A stretch of 64,000 bases of DNA from Eledone cirrhosa (GCA_964016885.1 OZ024756.1:868001-932000), one strand, 5' to 3'; positions 11,080 to 24,162 are shown, counted from the first letter of the stretch. The notes: generated by a model from the sequence alone, not told the origin. Made by a program: numbers and translations.

Positions 11080-12470
11080 TGAGGTCTCTCTCTCTCAGTC
11101 TGTCTGTCTCTCTCTCTCTCTCTTTCTCTCTCTCTGTCTCTCTCTGTCCCACTCACTCTGTCTCTCTCTGTCCCACTCTCTGTATCCGTCTCTCTCTGTC
11201 CCACTCACTCTGTCTCTCTCTGTCTCTCTCTATCTCACTCACTCTGTCTCTCTCTATCTCACTCACTCTGTCTCTCTCTGTCCCACTCTCTGTATCTGTC
11301 TCTCTCTGTCCCACTCACTCTGTCTCTCTCTGTCCCACTCTCTCTCTGTCTCTCTCTGTCGCACTCTCTCTTAGTCTCTCTCTCTCTGTCCCCCGTCTCA
11401 CTTTCTCTACCTGCCCCTCACTCTGTCTCTCTCTATCCACTCTCTCTGTCTCTCTCTGTCCCACTCTCTCTTAGTCTCTCTCTCTCTGTCCCCCGTCTCA
11501 CTTTCTCTACCTGCCCCTCACTCGGTCTCTCTCTGTCCCACTCTCTCTCTGTCTCTCTCTGTCCCACTCTCTCTTAGTCTCTCTCTCTCTGTCCCCTGTC
11601 TCACTTTCTCTACCTTCCCCTCACTCTGTCTCTCTCTATCCACTCTCTCTGTCTCTCTCTGTCCCACTCTCTCTTAGTCTCTCTCTCTCTCTGTCCCCTG
11701 TCTCACTTTCTCTACCTGCCCCTCACTCTGTCTCTCTCTATCCACTCTCTCTGTCTCTCTCTGTCCCACTCTCTCTTAGTCTCTCTCTCTCTGTCCCCTG
11801 TCTCACTTTCTCTACCTGCCCCTCACTCTGTCTCTCTCTATCCACTCTCTCTGTCTCTCTCTGTCCCACTCTCTCTTAGTCTCTCTCTCTCTGTCCCCCG
11901 TCTCACTTTCTCTACCTGCCCCTCACTCTGTCTCTCTCTATCCACTCTCTCTGTCTCTCTCTGTCCCACTCTCTCTTAGTCTCTCTCTCTCTGTCCCCTG
12001 TCTCACTTTCTCTACCTGCCTCTCACTCTGTCTCTCTCTATCCACTCTCTCTGTCTCTCTCTGTCCCACTCTCTCTTAGTCTCTCTCTCTCTGTCCCCTG
12101 TCTCACTTTCTCTACCTGCCCCTCACTCTGTCTCTCTCTATCCACTCTCTCTGTCTCTCTCTGTCCCACTCTCTCTTAGTCTCTCTCTCTCTGTCCCCCG
12201 TCTCACTTTCTCTACCTGCCCCTCACTCGGTCTCTCTCTGTCCCACTCTCTCTCTGTCTCTCTCTGTCCCACTCTCTCTTAGTCTCTCTCTCTCTGTCCC
12301 CTGTCTCACTTTCTCTACCTTCCCCTCAGTCTGTCTCTCTCTGTCTCTACCTCTCTCTGTTTCTTTCTCTCTCTCCCTTTATCTCTCCTTCTCTACGCCT
12401 TCTCCCTCTCTGTCCCCTCTCTCTCTCCCTTTCTACCCCTCTCTCTCCCTTTGTCTCTCTCTCTGCCCCC
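11080..12470. repeat. CT-rich compound minisatellite, ~120-bp higher-order unit
   Basis: Lines 11701-12200 repeat with a 120-bp period. Confidence 0.9.
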
Positions 12471-12638
12471 CCCCCCTCTACCCCCCTTTCCTCTATATTT
12501 AAACACATCTACTCCAACATTATCCATCCATCACTGACACGTGGAGCAGCTGTCACTGACGTTTCTTTTGTTTTTATCTTTCTTTTTGTTTCTTTCTTAT
12601 TTGGAACTTATCTTGTAAACCAATTAACTGATGTTACT

Positions 12639-12822
12639 CTGGCAGTATCGGTAGAGGGTCGGACGCCATGCCTTGCAGCACAGAGTTACGGCCCTTTATG
12701 GTCTGAGTTCAAATCCCGCCGAGGTTGACTTTGCCTTTCATCCTTACGGGGTCGATAAAATAAAGTACCAGTAATACACTGGGTAATTGCTGGCCTTGTG
12801 CCAAAATTAGAAACAATTATTA
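12639..12822 (+). mobile_element. SINE family A copy
   Basis: tggcagtatcggtagag (A box), gagttcaaatccc (B box), same core and tail as 885-1068. Confidence 0.85.
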
Positions 12823-12854
12823 CTATTAGATGAGGGCGGCGTCTCCTCTCTCTC

Positions 12855-13930
12855 ATTACTACTACTGCTACTACTACTACTACTGATACTACTATCACCA
12901 CTACTACTACCACTGCTGCTACAACTGCCATCACTACTACTATTGCTACTACTACACCACTATCACTACCACCACCACCACCACCACAGCCACCACCACC
13001 ACCACCACTACTACTACTACCACCACTACCACCACTGCTACTACTACTTGTTCTGGCTTTTATTCATGCTATTTCATCATCAACGCTTGTGTGGAAGATG
13101 GACGTTAACTGATGGTGGTGGTGGTGATGATGGTGGTGGTGGTGGTGGTGGTGGTGGTGGTGGTGGTGGTGGTGGTGGTGGTTGTGGTGATGGTGGTGGT
13201 GGTGATGGTGGTGGTTGTGGTGATGGTGGTGGTGATGGTGGTGGTGGTGGTGGTGATGGTGGTGGTGGTGATGGTGGTGGTGGTGGTGGTGGTGGTGGTG
13301 ATGGTGGTGGTGGTGGTGGTGGTGGTGGTTGTGGTGATGGTGGTGATGGTGGTGGTGGTGGTGGTGGTGGTGATGGTGGTGATGGTGGTGGTGGTGGTGG
13401 TGGTTGTGGTGATGGTGGTGGTGATGGTGGTGGTGATGGTGGTGGTGGTGGTGGTGGTGGTGGTGGTGATGGTGGTGATGGTGGTGGTGGTGGTGGTGGT
13501 GGTGATGGTGGTGATGGTGGTGGTGGTGGTGGTGGTGGTGGTGGTGGTGGTGGTGATGGTGGTAGTGGTGGTGGTGGTGGTGATGGTGGTGGTGGTCGTG
13601 GTGGTGATGGTTAAGGTGGTCGTGGTGGTGATGATGGTGGTGATGGTGGTGGTGGTGGTGGTGGTGGTGGTGGTGGTGGTGGTGATGGTGGTGATGATGG
13701 TTAAGGTGGTGGTGGTGGTGATGGTGGTGGTGGTGGTGGTGATGGTGGTGATGATGGTTAAGGTGATGGTGGTGATGGTGGTGGTGATGGTGGTGATGGT
13801 GATGGTGGTGGTGGTGGTGATGGTGGTGGTGGTGGTTGTGATGGTGATGATGGTTTGTTATGGCTTTTGTTATTGCTACCATCATCATCATCGTCATCAT
13901 TTATATTATTATTATTATTGTTGTTGTTGT
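12855..13930. repeat. (ACT/ACC)n and (GGT/GAT)n microsatellites
   Basis: Directly visible. Source of the poly-G, poly-H and poly-V ORFs. Confidence 0.95.
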
Positions 13931-14706
13931 TCTACATGTTATTTTCATAACCTGGATCCTGTTGTACAGTTGGTGTATTTTATGTGTGTGTGTGAACGTG
14001 GGTGTGTATGTGTGTGAGCGTGGGTGTGACTGAGAGAGCATGTATGTGTATGTGAACGTGTGTGTATGTGGGTGTGAGCGTGTGTGTGTGTGTGTGAACG
14101 TGGCTGTGTATGTGTGTGAGCGTGGGTGTGTGACTGAGAGAGCATGTGTGTGTATGTGAACGTGTGTGTGAGCGTGGGTGTGTGAATGTGGATGTGTGAC
14201 AGAGCATGTGTGTGAACATGTGTATGAACACGTGTGAGTGTGTGTGTGAATGAGCTTACATGTGTCCAAGAGTGTGATTGTGAGTATGTGTATGTTTGAA
14301 TGTGACCATGTATGTGTGTAAATGTGCGTGTGTGTGATTGTATGTGTGTGTGTGTTCGAGTGTGTGCATGCATGTGTGTGGGTGTATGTGTGACTTTATG
14401 TACACAAATTATATTGTTTAACAAATTATGATTAATTTTCCATCATGTTGAGTGTATGTGTGTGAGTGAGTGAGTGAGTGTGTGTGTGTGTGTAAGAGTA
14501 TGTTTGTGTGTGTAGGAGTGTGTGTGTATGTGGTGTTAGTGTGTGTAAGAGTATGTATGTGTGTGAATGTATGTTTGTGTGTAGGAGTATGTATGTGTGA
14601 GTGTGTGTATGTACGTGTGTATGTATGTGGGGGGTCGGAATTCTTCAAATGGTTTTAGAAGTTTAATCTGATTTCTTCACTTTTGACAAGAACCATGTTG
14701 TGTTAG

Positions 14707-15530
14707 CATACACATATATATTGATACATACACATATATATTGATACATACACATATATATTGATACATACACATATATATTGATACATACACATATATA
14801 TTGATACATACACATATATATTGATACATACACATATATATTGATACATACACATATATATTGATACATACACATATATATTGATACATACACATATATA
14901 TTGATACATACACATATATATTGATACATACACATATATATTGATACATACACATATATATTGATACATACACATATATATTGATACATACACATATATA
15001 TTGATACATACACATATATATTGATACATACACATATATATTGATACATACACATATATATTGATACATACACATATATATTGATACATACACATATATA
15101 TTGATACATACACATATATATTGATACATACACATATATATTGATACATACACATATATATTGATACATACACATATATATTGATACATACACATATATA
15201 TTGATACATACACATATATATTGATACATACACATATATATTGATACATACACATATATATTGATACATACACATATATATTGATACATACACATATATA
15301 TTGATACATACACATATATATTGATGCATACACATATATATTGATACATACACATATATATTGATGCATACACATATATATTGATGCATACACATATATA
15401 TTGATACATACACATATATATTGATACATACACATATATATTGATACATACACATATATATTGATACATACACATATATATTGATACATACACATATATA
15501 TTGATACATACACATATATATATTGATAGA
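14707..15530. repeat. Near-perfect 20-bp minisatellite (~41 copies)
   Basis: Unit catacacatatatattgata with very few variant units. Confidence 0.97.
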
Positions 15531-15561
15531 TATATACATACATACACACATACATACATTG

Positions 15562-15768
15562 ATGATGGCTGCCCCCTCGTTATCGAGTATGGCCATTGCA
15601 CGATATACCATTATTAATAATTATCAATTAATTCTATTGTGCAATACCTGTGTGTGAAGATTTTTCTTAAAGTGAGGAAAGACTGTGCACTGAGCCAATC
15701 CCACTCTCTGAGCGACACTAGCTATATCGTGCAATGGCCATACTCGATAACGAGGGGGCAGCCATCAT
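15562..15768. repeat. Perfect 46-bp inverted repeat with 115-bp spacer
   Basis: 15562-15607 atgatggctgccccctcgttatcgagtatggccattgcacgatata is the exact reverse complement of 15723-15768. Confidence 0.9.
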
Positions 15769-15897
15769 GTATATACATACTTGTCTCTATGTAAATATAT
15801 ATGCGTGTGTGAATCTTTGTGTGTGATTAAGTAAATATGTGTGTGTGTGTGTCTATGTACATAAGCATGCTTGTGTGTCTATGTAAACAAATGCTTG

Positions 15898-15942
<45 letters not shown>

Positions 15943-16206
15943 GTATAGTATATTTGGCAATATACTGAATGTTTAATATGTATATATATATATATATTTG
16001 TGTGTTTGATTGTGTGTGAATAAGTAAATATGTATGTACATATGTGTGTACATACATATGTATAAATGCATGTATGTATGTACATACATGCATATGAATG
16101 TATGTATGTATGTACATACATGTATATGAATACATGTACGTATGTATGTACATACATGTGTATGAATGCATGTGTGTGGTATTAGTGAAACATTGATGAT
16201 CCATTC

Positions 16207-16224
16207 TGCCAGCAGATGGCGCTA
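16207..16224 (+). promoter_or_regulatory. CTCF-like motif
   Basis: tgCCAGCAGATGGCGCta matches the consensus CCASYAGRKGGCRS. Confidence 0.5.
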
Positions 16225-16400
16225 ATATTCCCTCTGTGAGCGTTCATGACCAACAGACTCTAGTAAGATTGTGGAGGTAACCCTAAGGGATTATCTTCCC
16301 TTTCATGTCAAACCTCTTCCATCAGATAACAACTATTACAGTAATTGCTATAGTAATGTTGAGGTCTTACCTCCACCTTTGCTCTATATTCTACATTAGT

Positions 16401-16419
16401 TGCCACTAGATGGCGCTAG
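16401..16419 (+). promoter_or_regulatory. CTCF-like motif
   Basis: tgCCACTAGATGGCGCtag matches the CTCF core consensus. Confidence 0.55.
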
Positions 16420-17065
16420 TTGCTATATTATTCTAATTCCTGCTCCCTCATGTCTTTAAAGACAACTTTGAGGAACCAGATAAAGAGATATGGAGTTCTT
16501 AGAGAATATGATGGGGGTGGTGGTGACGGTGGGGGGATGGTGGGGGTGGTGGTGATTGTTGTGGTAGTGGTGATGATGGTGGTGGGGGTGATGTTAGTCG
16601 TGATTGTGGTGGTGGTGGTGATTGTGGTGGTGGTGGTGATTGTGGTGGTAGTGGTGATGATGGTGGTGATGGTGGTGACGGTAGTGTTTGTGGAGGTGGT
16701 GGTGCTTCTGGTAATGATGATGATGATGGTGGAGTGGGAGGTGGTGGTAATGATGGTGGTGGTGTTAAAGATGGTGGTGAGACTCACAAAGGATACTAAG
16801 AAACAAAGCATTGTGAGGAGAGATGCTGTGCTGAGATAGACATGTCCAACCCATGAAAGTGTGGAAAAACAGCCGTACAAAAGATGATGACAATGATGAT
16901 GATGATGATGATGATGATGATTATATATGAACAGATCTGGAGACCAGAACGTGTTAAATATAAACATAGTTTTATTATTTTATACTAGATGAGAGCGGAG
17001 ATGTCCTCTCCCTCTTTCTGTCACACACACACTGACACACACGCAGAGACACACAGAGACACAGA

Positions 17066-17187
<122 letters not shown>

Positions 17188-17457
17188 CATATACACAAAC
17201 ATACACAAATATATACATACATAGATATGGCTATATATATATATCTATATGTATCTATATAATATATATATATATCTATTGATAGATAGATAGACAGATA
17301 AGAAAGCACCATAGATGTCAATTGGTACTTAAACCCCAAACTCCCTAATAAAGTGTTCCCTATATATGTCCTAATTATATTATCAGTTATTTGCTATTTA
17401 TTTAGTTTGATTATGACCCCATAAAATTATATCTTATGTTCGTATCAAATCTTTCTC

Positions 17458-17519
<62 letters not shown>

Positions 17520-17543
17520 AATACACACACAAATATATATATA

Positions 17544-17867
17544 TGGCTTAGTGGTTAGAGCATTGGGCTTGCAATCGAAAGGTTGTGTGTTCAGTTCTCA
17601 GACTGGGTGATGTGTTGTTTCCTTGAGCAAGACACTTTAATTCACATTGCTCCAGTTTACTCAGCTGTAGAAATGAGATGATAGGGACTGGGGTCCCTAT
17701 CATTCCACTGTAAAGTGGACGTGGAGGTACCACGGCAAAAAAGCACCCAGCACTCACTGTAAATGAGGTTAGTGTTAGGAAGGGCATCCAGCTGTAGAAA
17801 TCAAGCCAGAATCAGTTCCCGTCCCACCCTTGCAAGCAGGGAAAAGTGGACGTATGATGAATGATGA

Positions 17868-17870
<3 letters not shown>
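17544..17870 (+). mobile_element. tRNA-derived SINE family B (CORE/V-like centre, (GAT)n tail)
   Basis: A box tggcttagtggttagagc, centre gtttccttgagcaagacacttt...ttgctccagtttactcagctg, 3' part gttaggaagggcatccagctgtagaaa, ending in gatgat. Confidence 0.8.
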
Positions 17871-17916
<46 letters not shown>

Positions 17917-17954
17917 CTCATATATATATACATAAACACACACACATATGCATA

Positions 17955-17996
<42 letters not shown>

Positions 17997-18105
17997 CGCA
18001 TATATATATACATAAACACACACACATATGCATATATGTGTGTATATATATATATATACACACACATGTATATGTACACACACACATATATATATTATGA
18101 TGATG

Positions 18106-18803
18106 ATGTTTCACTACCATGTAGCACCACATGTCCTCTGCAGTCACTGCCCATGTTTCACTACCATGTAGCATCACATGACCTCTGCAGTCACAGCCCA
18201 TGTTTCACTATCATGTAGCATCACATGACCTCTGCAGTCACAGCCCATGTTTCACTACCATGTAGCACCACATGTCCTCTGCACTCACAGCCCGTGTTTC
18301 ACTATCATGTAGCAACACGTCTTCTGCAGACACAGCCCATATTTCACTACCATGTAGCACCACATGTCCTCTGCAGTCAGCCCATGTTTCGCTACCATGT
18401 AGCACCGCATATCCTCTACAGTCACAGCCCATGTTTCACTACCATGTAGCACCACATATCCTCTGCAACCCCATCCCATATTTCACTACCATGAAGCACC
18501 ACATGTCCTCTGCAGTCATAGCCCATGTTTCGCTACCATGTAGCTCCACATGTCTTCTGCAGTCACAACCCATGTTTCACTATCATGTAGCATCACATGA
18601 CCTCTGCAGTCACAGCCCATGTTTCACTACCATGTAGCACCACATATCCTCTGCAACCACATCCCATGTTTCACTACCATGTAGCACCACATGTCCTCTG
18701 CAACCACAGCCCATGTTTCACTACCATGTAGCACCACATGTCCTCTGCTGTCACAGCCCATGTTTCACTACCATGTAGCACCACATGTCTTCTGCAGTCA
18801 CTG
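18106..18803 (-). repeat. 47-bp minisatellite (~15 copies) derived from an RTE LINE ORF
   Basis: The minus-strand unit translates [15 protein letters not shown], the conserved RTE L(Y/H)GSETW motif. Confidence 0.85.
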
Positions 18804-18970
18804 CGGTGGATTGGCAGTATCGGTAGAGGGTCGGACGTCATGCTTTGCAGCATAGTTCAAATCCCGCCGAGGTTAACTTTGCCTTTCATCCTTACGGGGT
18901 CGATAGAATAAAGTACCAGTAATGTACTGGGGTAATTGCTGGCCTTGTGCCAAAAGTAGAAACAATTATT
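18804..18970 (+). mobile_element. SINE family A copy with internal deletion
   Basis: Same A box, core and tail as the other copies. Confidence 0.8.
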
Positions 18971-19136
18971 ATTTGACTATTATGTTTAGTAAAAAAGTTC
19001 CAGCGAAGTCTTCTGTTTCAATTTTTAGACTCTACTCACCGCTTTCTAAATATCTTCTCTTACAGTCAGTGTTTGTCATTAGAAATATGGTAACAAAGGA
19101 GTTAATAAATGTTTCTTTCTTTCTCAATATTTTCAG

Positions 19137-19233
19137 GTGGGAAGGTAAAGGTGTGGATGAAGTAGGCAAAGATAAAGAATCTGGCAAAGTTCGTGTTAAG
19201 ATTAATCCCAAATATAACCGTCCAACTGAAGTG
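19137..19233 (+). CDS. GMDS: GMDS internal exon (97 bp)
   Basis: Acceptor ttttcag|G TGG and donor GTG|gtaagt. Translates WEGKGVDEVGKDKESGKVRVKINPKYNRPTEV, containing the GMD WEG...RPTEV signature. Phase compatible with both neighbours. Confidence 0.95.
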
Positions 19234-19517
19234 GTAAGTTAAGGTCTTTGTAATTCAATATTGATCTATCTATCTCTCTGCCTAATTATATGTCTCTATA
19301 TATATCTGTATATGTATACATCTATGTCTGTCTGTCTGTCTAATTATATGTCTCTCTCTCTCTCTATATATATATATGCAGAGGTTATATTTAATTTGTT
19401 GGAATTCAACAAGCTTAACATTTTTTTATAACTGATATAAAGCACTCAACAGATTAGTGGAGTAAATATACAATATATTAATAAATGGAAACTAAATTTA
19501 TAAAACCATAATTATTT

Positions 19518-19579
<62 letters not shown>

Positions 19580-19610
19580 AGTGTAATTTTCTACACAAAA
19601 CGAAGGTTAT

Positions 19611-20291
19611 AGAGAAAATTGAGGTTGGTAATGGCACATGGAATATATAAGAGACAGAATACTTTTTTGTGAAAAAACATATAATTTTATAAGGTAAGGA
19701 AATAATAAAGGGTATAAAAAATGACCGGTTTCGATGGGTCTGCAAAAGCCATCTTTTCAAATGTTGATTAATATTAAGAAAAATTAATAATACGAAGAGT
19801 TAAAATTTGAGATTTGAAAATTCAAGTATAAAATTCATTGTGGGATTTCATAGTAGTTTTCATCTAGGTAGCAACAAGTTAACTGCTGTGTCCCTTTCTG
19901 GTAGTGTATAAGGGCGACTAAGTTGGAAAAGAACTGTCCAACTCATGGAAGAAGTGAACATATAGATAATGATGATGGTGATGTCTACTAGTACAGTATG
20001 ATATACTACCAGAAAGGGACACAGCAGTCAACTTGTTGCTACCTAGATGAAAACTACTATGAAATCCCACAATGAATTTTATACTTGAATTTTCAAATCT
20101 CAAATTTTAACTCTTCGTATTATTAATTTTTCTTAATATTAATCAACATTTGAAAAGATGGCTTTTGCAGACCCATCGAAACCGGTCATTTTTTATACCC
20201 TTTATTATTTCCTTACCTTATAAAATTATATGTTTTTTCACAAAAAAGTATTCTGTCTCTTATATATTCCATGTGCCATTACCAACCTCAA

Positions 20292-20299
<8 letters not shown>
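19611..20299. mobile_element. Fold-back element with ~299-bp near-perfect inverted arms, each carrying a hammerhead-like motif
   Basis: 19611-19909 is the reverse complement of 20001-20299 (about 2 mismatches seen), spacer about 91 bp. Identical mirror ORFs appear in the track. Confidence 0.85.
20142..20195 (+). ncRNA. Putative minimal hammerhead ribozyme (U3-A8 core variant), mirrored on the minus strand at ~19715-19768
   Basis: TTGAAAA, stem II GATGG/CCATC, then GAAAC-CG-GTC. Stem I is weak. Confidence 0.45.
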
Positions 20300-20368
<69 letters not shown>

Positions 20369-20371
<3 letters not shown>

Positions 20372-20636
20372 AGACTGGGTGATGTGTTGTTTCCTTGAGC
20401 AAGACACTTTATTTCACATTGCTCCAGTTTACTCAGCTGTAGAAATGAGATGATAGGGACTGGGGTCCATATCATTCCACTGCAAAGTGGAGGTGCCACA
20501 GAAAAAAAGCACCCAGCCCGCACTGTAAATGAGGTTGGTGTTAGGAAGGGCATCCAGCTGTAGAAATCAAGCCAGAATCAGTTCCCGTCCCACCCTTGCA
20601 AGCAGGGAAAAGTGGACGTATGATGATGATGATGAT
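20369..20636 (+). mobile_element. SINE family B, 5'-truncated
   Basis: Highly similar to 17598-17870. Confidence 0.8.
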
Positions 20637-20639
20637 CTA

Positions 20640-20948
20640 TATATCTGTATATGTATCCATCTCCCTGTGTCTATCTGTCTGTCTAATTATATGTCTGTAT
20701 ATCTGTCTGTGTGTCTATCTACCTGTGCCTGCCTACCTGTCTAATTATATGTCTATCTGTATATCTAATCAATACATTCATTTATCTCTGTCTGTCTGTC
20801 TGTCTCTCTATCTGTCTGTCTGTCTGTCTGTCTGGCTGTCTGTCCATCTGTCTTCCTATCTATCTCTCTGTCTGTCTGTCTGTCTCTCTGTCTGTCTGTC
20901 TCTCTGTCTGTCTGTCTCTCTGCCTGTCTGTCTGTCTGTCTGTATGTA

Positions 20949-20989
<41 letters not shown>

Positions 20990-21108
20990 ATCTGTCTGTC
21001 TGTCTGTCTGTCTGTCTGTCCATCTGTCTTCCTATCTATCTCTCTGTCTGTCTGTCTCTCTGTCTGTCTGTCTCTCTGCCTGTCTGTCTGTCTGTCTGTC
21101 TGTCTGTA

Positions 21109-21153
<45 letters not shown>

Positions 21154-21188
21154 GTCTGTCTGTCTATCTGTCTGTCTGTCTCTCTGCC

Positions 21189-21261
<73 letters not shown>

Positions 21262-21286
21262 GTCTGTCTGTCTATCTGTCTTCCTA

Positions 21287-21321
<35 letters not shown>

Positions 21322-21330
21322 GTCTTCCTA

Positions 21331-21370
<40 letters not shown>
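20640..21370. repeat. (TCTG)n compound microsatellite
   Basis: Directly visible. Confidence 0.95.
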
Positions 21371-21947
21371 CGTCCAGCTCCCCCCTCCCTTTTTTGCTTT
21401 CCTCTATCTTGTTACCTTTTTGGAGTTTTGATGGTGTGTATATTGGGGGGGGGGTGTATATAGCATAGTTAAGTTAATTCTCCTCCTCTTCCTATATTTC
21501 CCTCACATTACCCCCACCACCCTCCTCACCCCCACCACCCTCCTCCACCTATTCACCCCCCCACTCTCTACCCCCCCCCCCCCCCCCCACCTTCCTTCAG
21601 CCCATTCACCCCACCCCCCTCCTCACAGCCCACCCTGCCCCTCCCTCCTACCTATCAATAAATACCAGATGTACCCCATCTTCACCACATTAATACCAAT
21701 TTACTGGGGTGTACCCCAAACAGTTAACCAATAATTGGTAAAACTAGAACAAACACAGCAACAGATGGTTCCACAGCTCCCAACTTAACCCCTTAACTGC
21801 TGCATCATCTCTTCAGCTCCCTAATATCTTTTTATGCCCCTCCACCCCTGCAAACATCATCATAGTTATGTTATGTCAATGTCTTTAAACAAAGATCTCA
21901 TTGTTTAACCCACACAGTTTTGGGTGTTGAAGAATTGGTCTACAGAT

Positions 21948-21964
21948 ACTGCCATCTGGTGGCT
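21948..21964 (-). promoter_or_regulatory. CTCF-like motif, reverse orientation
   Basis: Reverse complement reads agCCACCAGATGGCAGt. Confidence 0.5.
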
Positions 21965-22084
21965 ATATTCCAGACACTATTTCGTTGTTTCCTCAGTCGG
22001 ACATTTGTTTAATTATCCTTCAGTAAGTTTTATGAAAGATGGGGAAGATAGTTGAGAATCATCACCACCATCACCACCACCACC

Positions 22085-22515
22085 ACCATCATCATCATCA
22101 TTTTTATGTCTGTTTCTTTTCCATCCATGCTGGCATGGGTTTGACGGGTCCTTTTCAACACACCATCTCCCCACATGTCGCGATCTTCTGTCATCTCCAC
22201 TGTGAGTTTCAGTCCTTTGAGATCAGCTCTCATCACCTCTGCCCAGGTCTTCCTTTGTCTACCTCTACTGTGGCTTCCTTCTACTGGGATTTCCTGGCAC
22301 TTCTTCACCCATCAATCATCCTCCATTTACATCAGATGTCCACACCAACACAGTCTTCTCTTTTGTACACTACATCTGATTCGTTTTATACTCTGCTCTT
22401 CTCTCAGTTCAACCAAACTTTGTTGTTCTCTTACATTAATATCACGTGTCCAATGAAGCATGCTTGTTTCATGTCACTCCAACCCCTACATGTCCTCTAA
22501 AGTCCCTGACCATGT
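22085..22515 (-). mobile_element. RTE-clade LINE 3' fragment
   Basis: Minus strand encodes TWSGTLEDM*GLE*HETSMLHW...KKCQEIPVEGSHSRGRQRKTWAEVMRADLKGLKLTVEMTEDRDMW and ends in a (GAT)n tail. Confidence 0.85.
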
Positions 22516-23905
22516 CACTCCAACCTCTACATACCCACTGTGGTCACTCCAACCTCTACATACCCTCTGTGGTCACTGACCATGTCTCCCCTACCTCTAC
22601 ATGTCCTCTAAAGTCACTGACCATGTCTCCCCAACCTCTACATACCCACTATGGTCACTGACCATGTCTCCCCTACCTCTACATGTTCTCTAAAGTCACT
22701 GACCATGTCTCCCCAACCTCTACATACCCACTGTGGTCACTGACCATGTCTCCCCAACCTCTACATACCCTCTAAAGTCACTGACCATGTCTCCCCAACC
22801 TCTACATACCCACTATGGTCACTGACCATGTCTCCCCTACCTCTACATGTTCTCTAAAGTCACTGACCATGTCTCCCCAACCTCTACATACCCACTGTGG
22901 TCACTGACCATGTCTCCCCAACCTCTACATACCCTCTAAAGTCACTGACCATGTCTCCCCAACCTCTACATACCCTCTAAAGTCACTGACCATGTCTCCC
23001 CAACCTCTACATACCCACTGTGGTCACTGACCATGTCTCCCCAACCTCTACATACCCTCTAAAGTCACTGACCATGTCTCCCCAACCTCTACATACCCTC
23101 TGTGGTCACTGACCATGTCTCCCCTACCTCTACATGTTCTCTAAAGTCACTGACCATGTCTCCCCAACCTCTACATACCCACTGTGGTCACTGACCATGT
23201 CTCCCCAACCTCTACATACCCTCTAAAGTCACTGACCATGTCTCCCCAACCTCTACATACCCTCTAAAGTCACTGACCATGTCTCCCCAACCTCTACATA
23301 CCCTCTAAAGTCACTGACCATGTCTCCCCAACCTCTACATACCCTCTAAAGTCACTGACCATGTCTCCCCAACCTCTACATACCCTCTAAAGTCACTGAC
23401 CATGTCTCCCCAACCTCTACATACCCACTGTGGTCACTGACCATGTCTCCCCAACCTCTACATACCCTCTAAAGTCACTGACCATGTCTCCCCAACCTCT
23501 ACATACCCACTGTGGTCACTGACCATGTCTCCCCAACCTCTACATACCCTCTAAAGTCACTGACCATGTCTCCCCTACCTCTACATACCCTCTGTGGCCA
23601 CTGACCATGTCTCCCCAACCTCTACATACCCTCTAAAGTCACTGACCATGTCTCCCCAACCTCTACATACCCTCTAAAGTCACTGACCATGTCTCCCCAA
23701 CCTCTACATACCCTCTAAAGTCACTGACCATGTCTCCCCTACCTCTACATGTTCTCTAAAGTCACTGACCATGTCTCCCCAACCTCTACATACCCACTGT
23801 GGTCACTGACCATGTCTCCCCAACCTCTACATACCCTCTAAAGTCACTGACCATGTCTCCCCTACCTCTACATACCCTCTGTGGCCACTGACCATATCTC
23901 TCCAA
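22470..23905 (-). repeat. 41-bp minisatellite (~34 copies) amplified from the 5' end of the adjacent RTE fragment
   Basis: Unit gtcactgaccatgtctccccaacctctacataccctctaaa. The first unit is continuous with the LINE sequence. Confidence 0.9.
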
Positions 23906-23954
23906 TGTTCTAGAACAAACAATAAACTTATTCTGTGTTATAACTGTTTTACAG

Positions 23955-24023
23955 GATCAACTTTTGGGAGATTGTTCAAAAGCCAAAGAGAAATTAAAGT
24001 GGTCCAGGAATTATGATTTTAAA
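23955..24023 (+). CDS. GMDS: GMDS internal exon (69 bp)
   Basis: Acceptor ttttacag|GAT and donor AAA|gtaagt. Translates DQLLGDCSKAKEKLKWSRNYDFK (GMD motif D.L.GD..KAK.KL.W). Phase 0/0. Confidence 0.93.
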
Positions 24024-24162
24024 GTAAGTCAACTCAGAAATTTAACTGGATATATGGAATATATATAGACACATAGAAACATACATACACACAGTCACAC
24101 ATGCACACACATACAGATATACAGGCACATACACCTACACACACACTACTTGGCAACATTTT

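Noticed and set aside
12943-15611. Poly-His, poly-Gly, poly-Val and CINIYVY-repeat ORFs
   Set aside because: Products of (GGT)n and a 20-bp tandem repeat.
17544-17615. tRNA-like heads with A and B boxes (also 12639, 35055, 54672)
   Set aside because: No complete cloverleaf, and each continues into a SINE body.
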